Source of the DNA: Bosea sp. (in: a-proteobacteria)
GTDB taxonomy: Bacteria > Pseudomonadota > Alphaproteobacteria > Rhizobiales > Beijerinckiaceae
Length of the DNA: 64,000 nt
NCBI RefSeq assembly: GCF_017308075.1
Contig: NZ_JAFKFX010000038.1
Coordinates: forward strand, 51,983-115,982
Direction of reading: 5' to 3'
Part shown: one piece after another, positions 9,338-23,222 of the stretch
Layout of the letters: every line of letters starts with the position of its first letter
How positions within the stretch are numbered: the stretch's first letter is position 1
The notes under the pieces: model-generated
Told to the model about the DNA's origin: nothing
What the model saw: the letters and a program-made list of their open reading frames with translations, nothing else
The model's database searches: none
Program-made: the position numbers and the translations under genes

Positions 9338-9401
9338 GTCCGGCCCGGAGGCCTTCTGGAACGAGGCCGGCCCGGAGGCGGCTTCGTTGCGAGTGAGGCG
9401 G

Positions 9402-9430
9402 CTATAACGAGTCGCGCGCCGCCTTGCAAG
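9402..9430 (-). promoter_or_regulatory. sigma70-type promoter for tRNA-Val
   Basis: The minus strand reads CTTGCA-N17-TTATAG, about 60 nt upstream of the tRNA 5' end. This matches the alphaproteobacterial CTTGAC-N17-CTATAT consensus. Confidence 0.55.
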
Positions 9431-9471
9431 GCGCTTCGTCGGCTTGTCGCCAAGAAGCGTGTCACGCCCGC

Positions 9472-9831
9472 TCAGGCAGCCAGCAGCTTCTCGACCTCGG
9501 TCACCAATTCGCGCAGATGGAAGGGCTTCGACAGCACCTTGGCATCCTTCGGCGTCTGCGAATCCGGGTTCAGCGCGACAGCGGCAAAACCGGTGATGAA
9601 CATCACCTTGATGTCGGGATCGAGTTCGGTGGCCCGTCTGGCGAGCTCGATGCCGTCCATTTCAGGCATCACGATATCGGTCAGCAACAGCTCGAACGGC
9701 TCTTCGCGCAAACGATTATAGGCGGAAAGCCCGTTATCGAAGGAGGCGACGTCGTATCCGGCATTCTGCAGCGCCTTGACCAGGAAGCGGCGCATATCAT
9801 TGTCGTCTTCGGCGAGGAGAATCTTCGTCAT
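9472..9831 (-). CDS. cpdR: single-domain response regulator CpdR
   Basis: The sequence is MTKILLAEDDNDMRRFLVKALQNAGYDVASFDNGLSAYNRLREEPFELLLTDIVMPEMDGIELARRA...LSKPFHL. It is a receiver domain only (about 119 aa) in the conserved position next to the FGase gene. Confidence 0.88.
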   Translation of the reverse strand: MTKILLAEDDNDMRRFLVKALQNAGYDVASFDNGLSAYNRLREEPFELLLTDIVMPEMDGIELARRATELDPDIKVMFITGFAAVALNPDSQTPKDAKVLSKPFHLRELVTEVEKLLAA

Positions 9832-10118
9832 GGCGCCTGCATCGTCCGTCTTGTTGCGCTGACGCGCGCCGGGCGCAGCCTCCGGCCACACCTGATTCGC
9901 TCGCCTCGTCATTCCCTGAAACCGGGCCGGCCGTCCCGCCGCCCCGGACCGCGCCGACCCCAGCCGGCGCCAGCGGCTCTACCACCGGCGAGCGCCTTCC
10001 AGGTTCATGCGCCCTTATTAACGCCCAGTACAGTAAACAAGCGATGAACGGCAGCGAGTCTCGCCGTCGCCAGCAGCCGGCTTCAACCCCGGCCCGCTTT
10101 GTGCTTCAGTCGTTTGAA

Positions 10119-11039
10119 ATGACCGTGCCCACTGAACATTTTCCGCCGCATCCTGAAAGCGTGATCGCCGAGATCGAGCGCCCGTTCACGCTCCATCAGC
10201 CTGCCCTGCAGGTGGTGCCCGTGGTCGTCGACGTTCCCCATGCCGGACGGCATTATCCCGCCGCCTTCGTCGAGAGCTCGCGCCTGCCACTGCGTTCGCT
10301 GCGGCGCTCGGAGGACGCCTATGTCGACCTGCTCTTCCGGCACGCGGTCGCCCTCGGCGCGCCGCTGCTGATCGCCGAGTTTCCCCGGGCTTTCCTCGAC
10401 CTCAACCGCGAGCCCTTCGAGCTCGACCCGCGCATGTTCGAGGGCCGGCTGCCCGGCTTCGCCAACACCCGCTCGCTGCGCGTCGCCGGCGGCCTCGGCA
10501 CGATCCCGCGCATTGTCGGCGATGCGCACGAGATCTATCCGGGCCGGATCCCGGTCGAGGTCGCGCTGACACGGATCGAGGAGCTCTACCGGCCCTATCA
10601 CGCCGGCCTGCGTCATCTGGTGAACCGCACCCGGTCCGCCTTCGGCACCTGCGTGCTGGTCGATGCGCATTCCATGCCGTCGACCGGGCTCGACCGCGAT
10701 GGCCTCGCCAAGGCGGACGTCATCCTCGGCGACCGCTTCGGCACCAGCGCCGCCGGCTTCGTCGTCGAAGCCGCGGAGGAGGCCTTCCGCCGTGCCGGCC
10801 TCAAGGTCACCCGCAACCGCCCCTATGCCGGCGGCTTCATCACCGAGCATTACGGCGCCCCCGGCAGCGGCGTGCATGCGCTGCAGATCGAGATCAACCG
10901 CGCGCTCTACATGGACGAGACGACGCTCGAGCCGAATGCCGGCTTCACCGCCCTGCAACAGGTGATCAATGCCGCCATGGCGGAATGCTTTGCGCGCTGG
11001 AGCGGCTGGCTCGGCGACTGGCGACAGGCGGCGGAATAG
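10119..11039 (+). CDS. N-formylglutamate amidohydrolase family protein
   Basis: It carries VVDVPHAGRHYP...SEDAYVD...DLNREP...LVDAHSMPS, the characteristic FGase motifs. The start was taken at MTVPTEHF. Confidence 0.85.
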   Translation: MTVPTEHFPPHPESVIAEIERPFTLHQPALQVVPVVVDVPHAGRHYPAAFVESSRLPLRSLRRSEDAYVDLLFRHAVALGAPLLIAEFPRAFLDLNREPFELDPRMFEGRLPGFANTRSLRVAGGLGTIPRIVGDAHEIYPGRIPVEVALTRIEELYRPYHAGLRHLVNRTRSAFGTCVLVDAHSMPSTGLDRDGLAKADVILGDRFGTSAAGFVVEAAEEAFRRAGLKVTRNRPYAGGFITEHYGAPGSGVHALQIEINRALYMDETTLEPNAGFTALQQVINAAMAECFARWSGWLGDWRQAAE

Positions 11040-11063
11040 ACGCCTCTCCGGCGATTCGGCAAG

Positions 11064-11155
11064 AAAAAGGGCCGCTCACTGGCGTGGCGGCCCAAGTCTA
11101 GGGAGGAAACGCCCAAGGAGGGCAACGAAGGTTTGAGGTCATCTCCCCTTCGCAG
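11064..11155 (-). ncRNA. candidate trans-acting sRNA with CCUCC anti-SD motifs (AbcR/cuckoo-like class)
   Basis: An ORF-less unit runs from the promoter CTTGCG-N17-CTATTG (plus coordinates 11188-11160) through about 90 nt to the terminator hairpin GGGCCGC(U)CAC/GUGGCGGCCC plus UUUUU (11093-11064). The body contains GCCCUCCUUGGGC and UUUCCUCCCUAG. Confidence 0.5.
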
Positions 11156-11340
11156 TGCACAATAGACGCTGCGTCGCAAAAACGCAAGCCCGCCGATGAA
11201 ACGTGCCTCAGGCATGCAACAGACACAGATCGGCGCGGGCGACGCAGGCGGCTTGTCTTCCGGCCGGGCGGAACGCATGAAGGATTCAGGCGGCGCCCGG
11301 CCCCGCAGCAACGGCCGGACAGCGAGACGAGGAAGAGGCG

Positions 11341-12123
11341 ATGAGCGCGGTCGATTTCAGGGAGTTCGTCGCCGGGCTCGCCACCTCGTCCGGCCAGGCG
11401 ATCCTGCCCTTCTTCCGTTCCATGCACACGACCGAGGACAAATCGGCCGGCGGCAATTTCGATCCCGTCACCGAGGCCGATCGCGCCGGCGAGGCGACGA
11501 TGCGCAATCTGATCAAGCGCAGCTTCCCTGAGCATGGCGTGCTCGGGGAGGAGTTCGGCACCGAGAATGCCGATGCCGAATATGTCTGGGTGCTCGATCC
11601 GATCGACGGCACCCGCGCCTTCATCTCCGGAATTCCGGTCTGGGGGACGCTGATCGGCCTGACCCGCAAAGGCGTGCCGGTCTACGGCATGATGAACCAG
11701 CCCTTCACCGGCGAGCGCTTCTCCGGCGACGGCCGCAAAGCCCGCTATGAAGGCCAGGGCGGCCCGCGTGAACTGCATACCCGCGCGACCGCGACGCTCG
11801 CCGAGGCGACGCTGATGACCACGAGCCCTCACCTTTTCGCCGGCGCCGAGAAAGAGGCCTATGGCCGTGTCGAGAGCGCCGTGCGCCTGTCCCGCTATGG
11901 CTGCGACTGCTATGCCTACTGCATGCTCGCCGCCGGCCATGTCGATCTGGTGATCGAAAGCGGGCTGAAGCCCTATGACATCGTCGCGCTCATCCCGATC
12001 ATCGAGGGCGCCGGCGGCATCGTCACCTCATGGACCGGCGGCAGCGCCGCCCAGGGCGGGACCATCCTCGCCGCCGGCAACAAGGCCCTGCATCAGGCCG
12101 CGCTCGAGCTGCTCGCCGGCTGA
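11341..12123 (+). CDS. hisN: histidinol-phosphatase (inositol monophosphatase family)
   Basis: It has the IMPase motifs DPVTEADR, WVLDPIDGTRAFISG and a YDI..L.PIIEGAGG C-terminal motif. Its length of 260 aa is typical of alphaproteobacterial HisN. Confidence 0.85.
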   Translation: MSAVDFREFVAGLATSSGQAILPFFRSMHTTEDKSAGGNFDPVTEADRAGEATMRNLIKRSFPEHGVLGEEFGTENADAEYVWVLDPIDGTRAFISGIPVWGTLIGLTRKGVPVYGMMNQPFTGERFSGDGRKARYEGQGGPRELHTRATATLAEATLMTTSPHLFAGAEKEAYGRVESAVRLSRYGCDCYAYCMLAAGHVDLVIESGLKPYDIVALIPIIEGAGGIVTSWTGGSAAQGGTILAAGNKALHQAALELLAG

Positions 12124-13089
12124 AGCCGCCGCTTCCAGCCGCTCGCCGGGGACGAAGGCATCGAAGGCTGCCCAGAACTGGGCCCGGATCGCGTCGCTTT
12201 CCATCAGGATCTCGTGACGGGCCGTCGGCAGCACCAGCGCCGAGCCGGTCTTGAGCCTGGCGGCGAAACGCTCGATCGCCGGCGTCGAGACGACCGGATC
12301 GCGCCCCGCGGCGATCACCAGCGTCGGCACCCGCACCTCAAGCGGCGCGCGCGGCGCGGCGAGCCGGTCCATCAGTTCGAAGGCGGTCCGGATCCAGCCG
12401 ACGCTGGGATCGCCGATGGCGAGCTCGCGCGCTGCGGCGGAGAGCGCCGCATTGCGGGCATAGCGTACCGGATCGCCCGTCAGCCGGTTGCCCTCGAACG
12501 GCTTGGTGCCGATCGCCGTTTCACCGCCGCCCGGCACGAAGGCCTTGCCGAAGCCGAGCCAGTAGAGCGCGGAAGCCAGAAGCCTTGCCGCACGCGGACG
12601 CCCGATCATGGCGATGCCGAGCATCGGCGCCAGCGCGACCAGCCTTGCGACCGGCAGGGCCTGCCGCCTTGCCGCGTCGAGGCAGAGCGCTGCCCCCATC
12701 GAATGCGCCAGAGCAAAATAGGGGGCCGGCAGCCGCTCCCGCATCTCGGCGGTGGCGAGAGCCAGGTCGCGCTCATACTCCCTCAGGCGCCCGACATGGC
12801 CGCGGCGCGGCCGGTCGGTGAAGCGCTGCGAACCGCCCTGGCCACGCCAGTCGAAGGCGATGACATGGAAACCGCGCCGGCGCAGCTCGGCGATGGTCTC
12901 GCTATAACGTTCGATGAACTCGGCCCGCCCCTGCGCGATCAGAACCGTGCCCCGAGCCGGCCTGACGGTCGGATGCCAGCTGGCGAGGCGCAGCCGCGCG
13001 CCATCCGCGGTCGGAGCGAACCAGACCTTGCCATGGCCGGGAACGGGGTAGCCGGCGTCGTGGAAGAATTCGGCTTCGGCCATCGGCAC
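12028..13089 (-). CDS. alpha/beta hydrolase (lysophospholipase-like)
   Basis: It has the HSMGA nucleophile elbow, a FDWRGQGGS oxyanion region and a late ARHEI histidine. The C-terminal tail of about 40 aa runs 96 nt into the convergent hisN. Confidence 0.8.
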   Translation of the reverse strand: MPMAEAEFFHDAGYPVPGHGKVWFAPTADGARLRLASWHPTVRPARGTVLIAQGRAEFIERYSETIAELRRRGFHVIAFDWRGQGGSQRFTDRPRRGHVGRLREYERDLALATAEMRERLPAPYFALAHSMGAALCLDAARRQALPVARLVALAPMLGIAMIGRPRAARLLASALYWLGFGKAFVPGGGETAIGTKPFEGNRLTGDPVRYARNAALSAAARELAIGDPSVGWIRTAFELMDRLAAPRAPLEVRVPTLVIAAGRDPVVSTPAIERFAARLKTGSALVLPTARHEILMESDAIRAQFWAAFDAFVPGERLEAAASAGEQLERGLMQGLVAGGEDGPALGGAAAGP

Positions 13090-13132
13090 GTCCAGCTGGC
13101 GGATAAGCTGCTTATGCCCCTCTCGCAGGGGT

Positions 13133-13161
13133 CTTGAAAAGCCCGAAACCCTCCCCCAGAT
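13133..13161 (+). promoter_or_regulatory. sigma32 (RpoH)-type heat-shock promoter of hsp20
   Basis: CTTGAAA-N14-CCCCAGAT compares with the established sigma32 consensus CTTGAAA-N13-15-CCCCATNT. It lies about 100 nt upstream of the hsp20 ATG. Confidence 0.65.
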
Positions 13162-13263
13162 CAGTCATGCGCAGGCCGGAACCGGCTGCGCGAGACTGCA
13201 ACCGAGGCCCGCGCTCATGGCGAGGCGGGCTGAACACTCTGTCGCTTCCTCTGGAGGACAATC
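13162..13263 (+). promoter_or_regulatory. ROSE-like 5' leader (candidate RNA thermometer) of hsp20
   Basis: The leader is about 96 nt with hairpins GCGCAGGCCGG-AA-CCGGCTGCGC and GCCCGC..GCGGGC. A final UCGCUUCC-UCU-GGAGGA segment pairs a UYGCU/U-rich stretch with the SD just before the AUG. Confidence 0.4.
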
Positions 13264-13737
13264 ATGCGTTCCTACGATCTTTCCCCGCTCTATCGCTCGA
13301 CCGTCGGCTTCGACCGCCTGTTCTCGCTGCTCGACCAGGCCACCAGCGTCGACAATGCGCCGACCTACCCGCCCTATAATATCGAGCGCACCGCCGACAA
13401 CGCCTATCGCATCTCGATCGCCGTCGCCGGCTTCGCCGAGGCCGACCTTTCCATCGAGAGCAGGGAGAACGCTCTCACCGTCCGCGGCGAGAAGAAAACC
13501 GCCGAGGGCGCCGAGAAGCGCGAGGTCCTGCATCAGGGCATCGCCGCCCGTGCCTTCGAGCGCCGCTTCCAGCTCGCCGACTATGTCCAGGTGACCGGCG
13601 CCAGCCTCGAGAACGGCCTGCTCCATATCGACCTCGTCCGCGAGATTCCCGAGGCCAAGAAGCCACGCCTGATTCCGATCGGTGCGCAGGGCGCCAAGGT
13701 GATCGAGGCCAAGGTCGCGACCAAGCAGGCGGCGTAA
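13264..13737 (+). CDS. Hsp20/IbpA-family small heat-shock protein
   Basis: MRSYDLSPLYRSTVGFDRLFSLLD...YPPYNIERTADNAYRISIAVAGF...LLHIDLVREIPE is a canonical alpha-crystallin domain of the IbpA type. Confidence 0.93.
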   Translation: MRSYDLSPLYRSTVGFDRLFSLLDQATSVDNAPTYPPYNIERTADNAYRISIAVAGFAEADLSIESRENALTVRGEKKTAEGAEKREVLHQGIAARAFERRFQLADYVQVTGASLENGLLHIDLVREIPEAKKPRLIPIGAQGAKVIEAKVATKQAA

Positions 13738-13774
13738 CCGCCGCACGGCGCGAACTGCGCCCGCCAGAAACCAG

Positions 13775-13810
13775 AAGGCCTCCCCGGGAAACCCGGGAGG
13801 CCTTTTTTCT
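13775..13810 (+). terminator. rho-independent terminator of hsp20
   Basis: AAGGCCTCCCCGGG-AAA-CCCGGGAGGCCTT is followed by TTTTTCT. Confidence 0.9.
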
Positions 13811-13818
13811 ATGCGAAG

Positions 13819-13923
13819 CTGGAGCATTTTCGAGCGAAGTGGGCACCGGCTCGCGTGAAGAAAATGCGATAAAACAAAGAACCAGAGCATTTCGCGTTTC
13901 AGAGAACCGCGGAGATGCTCTGG
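13819..13923. repeat. Rhizobiales-type intergenic repeat element (CYRGAGCAT-bounded)
   Basis: The element is CTGGAGCATTTTCGAGCGAAGTGGGCACCGGCTCGCGTGAAGAAAATGCG...CCAGAGCAT-N24-ATGCTCTGG. It resembles the widespread ...CTTCACGCGAACCGG..CCACTTCGCTCGAAAATGCTCTAG element of Rhizobiales intergenic regions (recalled, not searched). Confidence 0.6.
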
Positions 13924-13948
13924 GCCTGCGGAGCGCCTCGCCGGCCCC

Positions 13949-14740
13949 TCAGTTCAGCGGCGCGACCGGCACCATGTCCGATTTCGGCGCCTCCGCCTTG
14001 GTCCCCTCGATCCGCACCGGAGGCACGGTGGTGTCGGGCACCGGGATTCCGCTCGGGTGGGCACGAGCCAGCGGCGGCGCCAGCTCCGGCCCGTCGGCAT
14101 TACGGACATCCTGGGGATTGACCAGCGTCGGCTTGCCGATCTCCTTGGGTGCCACGGCGGGCACGGCGAGCGGCTTTGCCGGCACCGCCACCGGGGCGGC
14201 GGGCGCCGCCGGCGAAGGCGGCGCCACGGTCGCCGGAGCGCTCGCCTCGGCCGGCGGCTTCAACTCGGCCGGACGCGGCGGCGGACGCGGAATCAGCCGC
14301 TGCGCGGGCCGCTCGATCTGCGGATCGAGCCGGGCGCTGCGCATCGGCGCCCCGAGCACGATCCGGTCGATCAGCTCGCCGCTATAGCGGTCGAGGATCA
14401 GGCGAACCCTGGCACCATCGCGGCCGGTGCCGTCGACGACATAGGAGGAACGCGTCGCGATCGTGCGGTCGACCCTGGCGAGTCCGAATTCGCGGGCCGC
14501 GACCCGCCCGATCGCGCGCTGCGGGATCGGCGCGGGCGGCAGCGGCGCATAATCATAGCGCCGCTCATAGCCGTAATCGCGCTCATAGCCCCGGCCGTAA
14601 TAAGCGTAGCCGCCACCGTAATCATCGATCTGGGCCAGCGCCGGGCCGGCCGCAGCCAGGGTCGTGGCGGCGATGGCCAGCCCGGCGAGACGGCGGCGCA
14701 AATCCTTCGAACCGCGCTCCGGCGTAGTGAAGAATGCCAT
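13949..14740 (-). CDS. exported protein, hypothetical (Tyr/Gly/Arg-rich N-region, Pro/Ala-rich C-region)
   Basis: The start MAFFTTPERG..LAGLAIAATTLAAAGPALAQ is a signal peptide. It is followed by DDYGGGYAYYGRGYERDYGYERRYDY, a globular middle and a PAPA-rich tail. The 391-aa track ORF overlaps ltaE upstream, so it was trimmed. Confidence 0.6.
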   Translation of the reverse strand: MAFFTTPERGSKDLRRRLAGLAIAATTLAAAGPALAQIDDYGGGYAYYGRGYERDYGYERRYDYAPLPPAPIPQRAIGRVAAREFGLARVDRTIATRSSYVVDGTGRDGARVRLILDRYSGELIDRIVLGAPMRSARLDPQIERPAQRLIPRPPPRPAELKPPAEASAPATVAPPSPAAPAAPVAVPAKPLAVPAVAPKEIGKPTLVNPQDVRNADGPELAPPLARAHPSGIPVPDTTVPPVRIEGTKAEAPKSDMVPVAPLN

Positions 14741-14843
14741 GGTCCTGTCCTTGTACGGCAGAATCTCAGGCTTCAGTTCTCGGTAAGGATTACGGCGTGC
14801 TTGCGGCACGAATCCGGTCGCAATCCAGTGATTCCCGGGTTTT

Positions 14844-15902
14844 TCAAGCCTCGGCGATGATCGCCAGCAACTGCTCGACCTCGTCCGGCCTCGTCGCGAA
14901 GGAGCAGACGAAACGACCGATCGTTTCGCCGGGCGCCAGCCCCTCTCCTTCCGGCAGCGCCCCGTCCGCCCAGTCCAGGAACTGCACGCCGCGCGTTCTG
15001 AGCTGGTCTCGGCGAGCCTCCGGCAGGATCGCGAAGACCTCGTTGGCCTCGCTGGGCCAGGCGAGCCGGATGCTTCCAAGCGTCGCGATGCCGGCGGCCA
15101 GCCTGTCGGCCATGGCGTTGGCATGGCCGGCGAGGTCGAGCCAGTGCCCGTCGGCCAGCAGGCCTTCGAACTGGGCGCCGATCAGCCGGCCCTTCGACAG
15201 GGTGTGGCCGGCGCGCTTCCGCCGCCAGGGCATCTCGGCCGCGGCTTTCGGCTCGAAGAAAACCACCGCCTCGGCCGCCAGGGCGCCGTTCTTGGTGCCG
15301 CCGAAGGAGAGCACGTCGACGCCCGCCTTCCAGGTGAGCTCGGCCGGCGAACAGCCAAGGCGCGCAACCGCATTGGCGAAGCGCGCGCCGTCCATGTGCA
15401 GCTTCAGCCCGTGCGGCGCGATCGCCGCCTTCAGCGCCGCGATCTCGTCCGGCCGATAGACCAGCCCGCATTCGGTCGCCTGGGTGATCGACAGGAGTTG
15501 CGGCTGCACCTGGTGCAACGAGTCCGGCCGCATGCGCGAAAGCTGGTCCGCGACGACGTCCGGCGCGAGCTTGCAGCCATCGCCCGGCAGGCCGACGATC
15601 TTGGCCCCGCCGCTGAAGAATTCCGGCGCCCCGCATTCATCGGCGGCGACATGCGCCTCGTGATGGCAGAGCACCGCCCCCCAGGGCTGGACCAGGCTCG
15701 CCAGCGCCAGCGCGTTCGCCGCCGTGCCCGACGTGACCAGGAAGACCGCGACCTCGCGCTCGAACAGATCGGCGAACAGCGCCTCGACCCGCTTCGTCCA
15801 GGCGTCGTTGCCATAGGCCGCGGCGAACCCGTCATTGGCAGCCAGCATCGCCTGCAGGACCGGAGCACTCGCCCCGGCGAGATTGTCGCTGATGAAGTTC
15901 AT
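14844..15902 (-). CDS. ltaE: low-specificity L-threonine aldolase
   Basis: The sequence is MNFISDNLAGASAPVLQAM..AYGNDAWTKRVEALFADLFEREVAVFLVTSGTAANALAL...LSFGGTKNG (PLP lysine region). Confidence 0.88.
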   Translation of the reverse strand: MNFISDNLAGASAPVLQAMLAANDGFAAAYGNDAWTKRVEALFADLFEREVAVFLVTSGTAANALALASLVQPWGAVLCHHEAHVAADECGAPEFFSGGAKIVGLPGDGCKLAPDVVADQLSRMRPDSLHQVQPQLLSITQATECGLVYRPDEIAALKAAIAPHGLKLHMDGARFANAVARLGCSPAELTWKAGVDVLSFGGTKNGALAAEAVVFFEPKAAAEMPWRRKRAGHTLSKGRLIGAQFEGLLADGHWLDLAGHANAMADRLAAGIATLGSIRLAWPSEANEVFAILPEARRDQLRTRGVQFLDWADGALPEGEGLAPGETIGRFVCSFATRPDEVEQLLAIIAEA

Positions 15903-16506
15903 GGCACCGTTTCGCGAAAGCAGCTTCGCAGCTTTTGTCGGGGATCGTCCCGGACTGCGCTACCGCTTGCGCGCTGCACGGCCATGCCACCCTCGCAGTT
16001 CACGATGAAGCCACAGGAACAACTTCCGGGCTGGCCCAAGCCGGACAATGATGTGAAAATGTCGAAGCGCTAACGCAATTAGCAATAAAATTTCGATGCA
16101 GTGCAAAATCGCCGCTTGTGCCCAGATTGGAATTCTGGCAAGTTCGAGACGTTAGGACAGTGATGCTGTCCCATTTTTCAGCGAGCGGCGACCGGCGAGC
16201 TTGGCCGGCTGACCGCCAAATGATGGAGCGGAGCATGACGGAAGGCATGGCCAATATCGCCGAAGCCATCCGTGCGCGCGCCGCCCGTAAAACGTCGGCC
16301 TGACCAGGCGCGACTGGGCCTAGCAGCCTGCGCGCCTGCGAAGGGCGCGGGCGCGGGACTACAAGGCGCAAGCGACCTTCGAAAACGAGACGAAGCCGGC
16401 CCGTTCCTCGCCAAAGCGAGCAGGGCGGACCGGCCGAGGCACGAAACCGTGTGAAACCTTGACGGGCGCTGGCGCTAGCCGGCCCCCTTCGGCAGCGGAG
16501 TTGACG

Positions 16507-21225
<4,719 letters not shown>

Positions 21226-21229
21226 GACG

Positions 21230-22654
<1,425 letters not shown>

Positions 22655-22664
22655 GCAACGCGCC

Positions 22665-22810
22665 GTCATTCCGGGGCAGGCCGAAGGCCTGAGCCCGGAA
22701 CCCATGAACACCCAGGGCCTCGAAAAGGCTGGTGCCGATCGCGCCTCTCACGGCAGGCGTGGTCATGGGTTCCGGGCTCGCCGCTGCGCGGCGTCCCGGA
22801 AAGACGCGCT
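22665..22810. repeat. compound REP-like palindromic element (GTCATTCCGGGGC...GAGCCCGGAA family)
   Basis: The 36-nt core GTCATTCCGGGGCAGGCCGAAGGCCTGAGCCCGGAA is shared, with 1 mismatch, with 57898-57933. In addition, GAGCCCGGAACCCATGA(A)C (22690-22708) is the inverted complement (one extra base) of GTCATGGGTTCCGGGCTC (22762-22779). Confidence 0.75.
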
Positions 22811-22811
22811 C

Positions 22812-23216
22812 CTACGCCCCCAAAAGATCGATCAGATGCGGGATCAGCGGCTCGTCGGCCGGTGGCATGGCGAGCTCGCGCAGCTTGCTCGCACGCAGCC
22901 ATTTCAGCGCCTGGCCCTCGCGCGAGGTCACCGTCCCTTCCCAGCGCCGGCAGATATAGAGCGGCATCAGGAGGTGGAATTCGGGATAGGCGTAGCTGGC
23001 GAAGGTCAGCGGCGCGAGGCAGGCTTCCTTGACCTCGATGCCGAGTTCCTCGGAGAGCTCGCGGATCAGTGCCGGCTCCGGCCGCTCGCCGGCTTCGAGC
23101 TTGCCGCCCGGGAACTCCCAGAGCCCCGCCAGGGCCTTGCCCTCGGGGCGCTGGGTGACGAGGACGCGGTTATCGGAATCGACCAACGCGCAGGCGACGA
23201 CGAGCAGCAGTTTCAC
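22812..23216 (-). CDS. mutT: (deoxy)nucleoside triphosphate pyrophosphohydrolase, MutT/Nudix
   Basis: The Nudix box is GLWEFPGGKLEAGERPEPALIRELSEELGI. The protein is 134 aa. Confidence 0.88.
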   Translation of the reverse strand: MKLLLVVACALVDSDNRVLVTQRPEGKALAGLWEFPGGKLEAGERPEPALIRELSEELGIEVKEACLAPLTFASYAYPEFHLLMPLYICRRWEGTVTSREGQALKWLRASKLRELAMPPADEPLIPHLIDLLGA

Positions 23217-23222
23217 GAAGCC

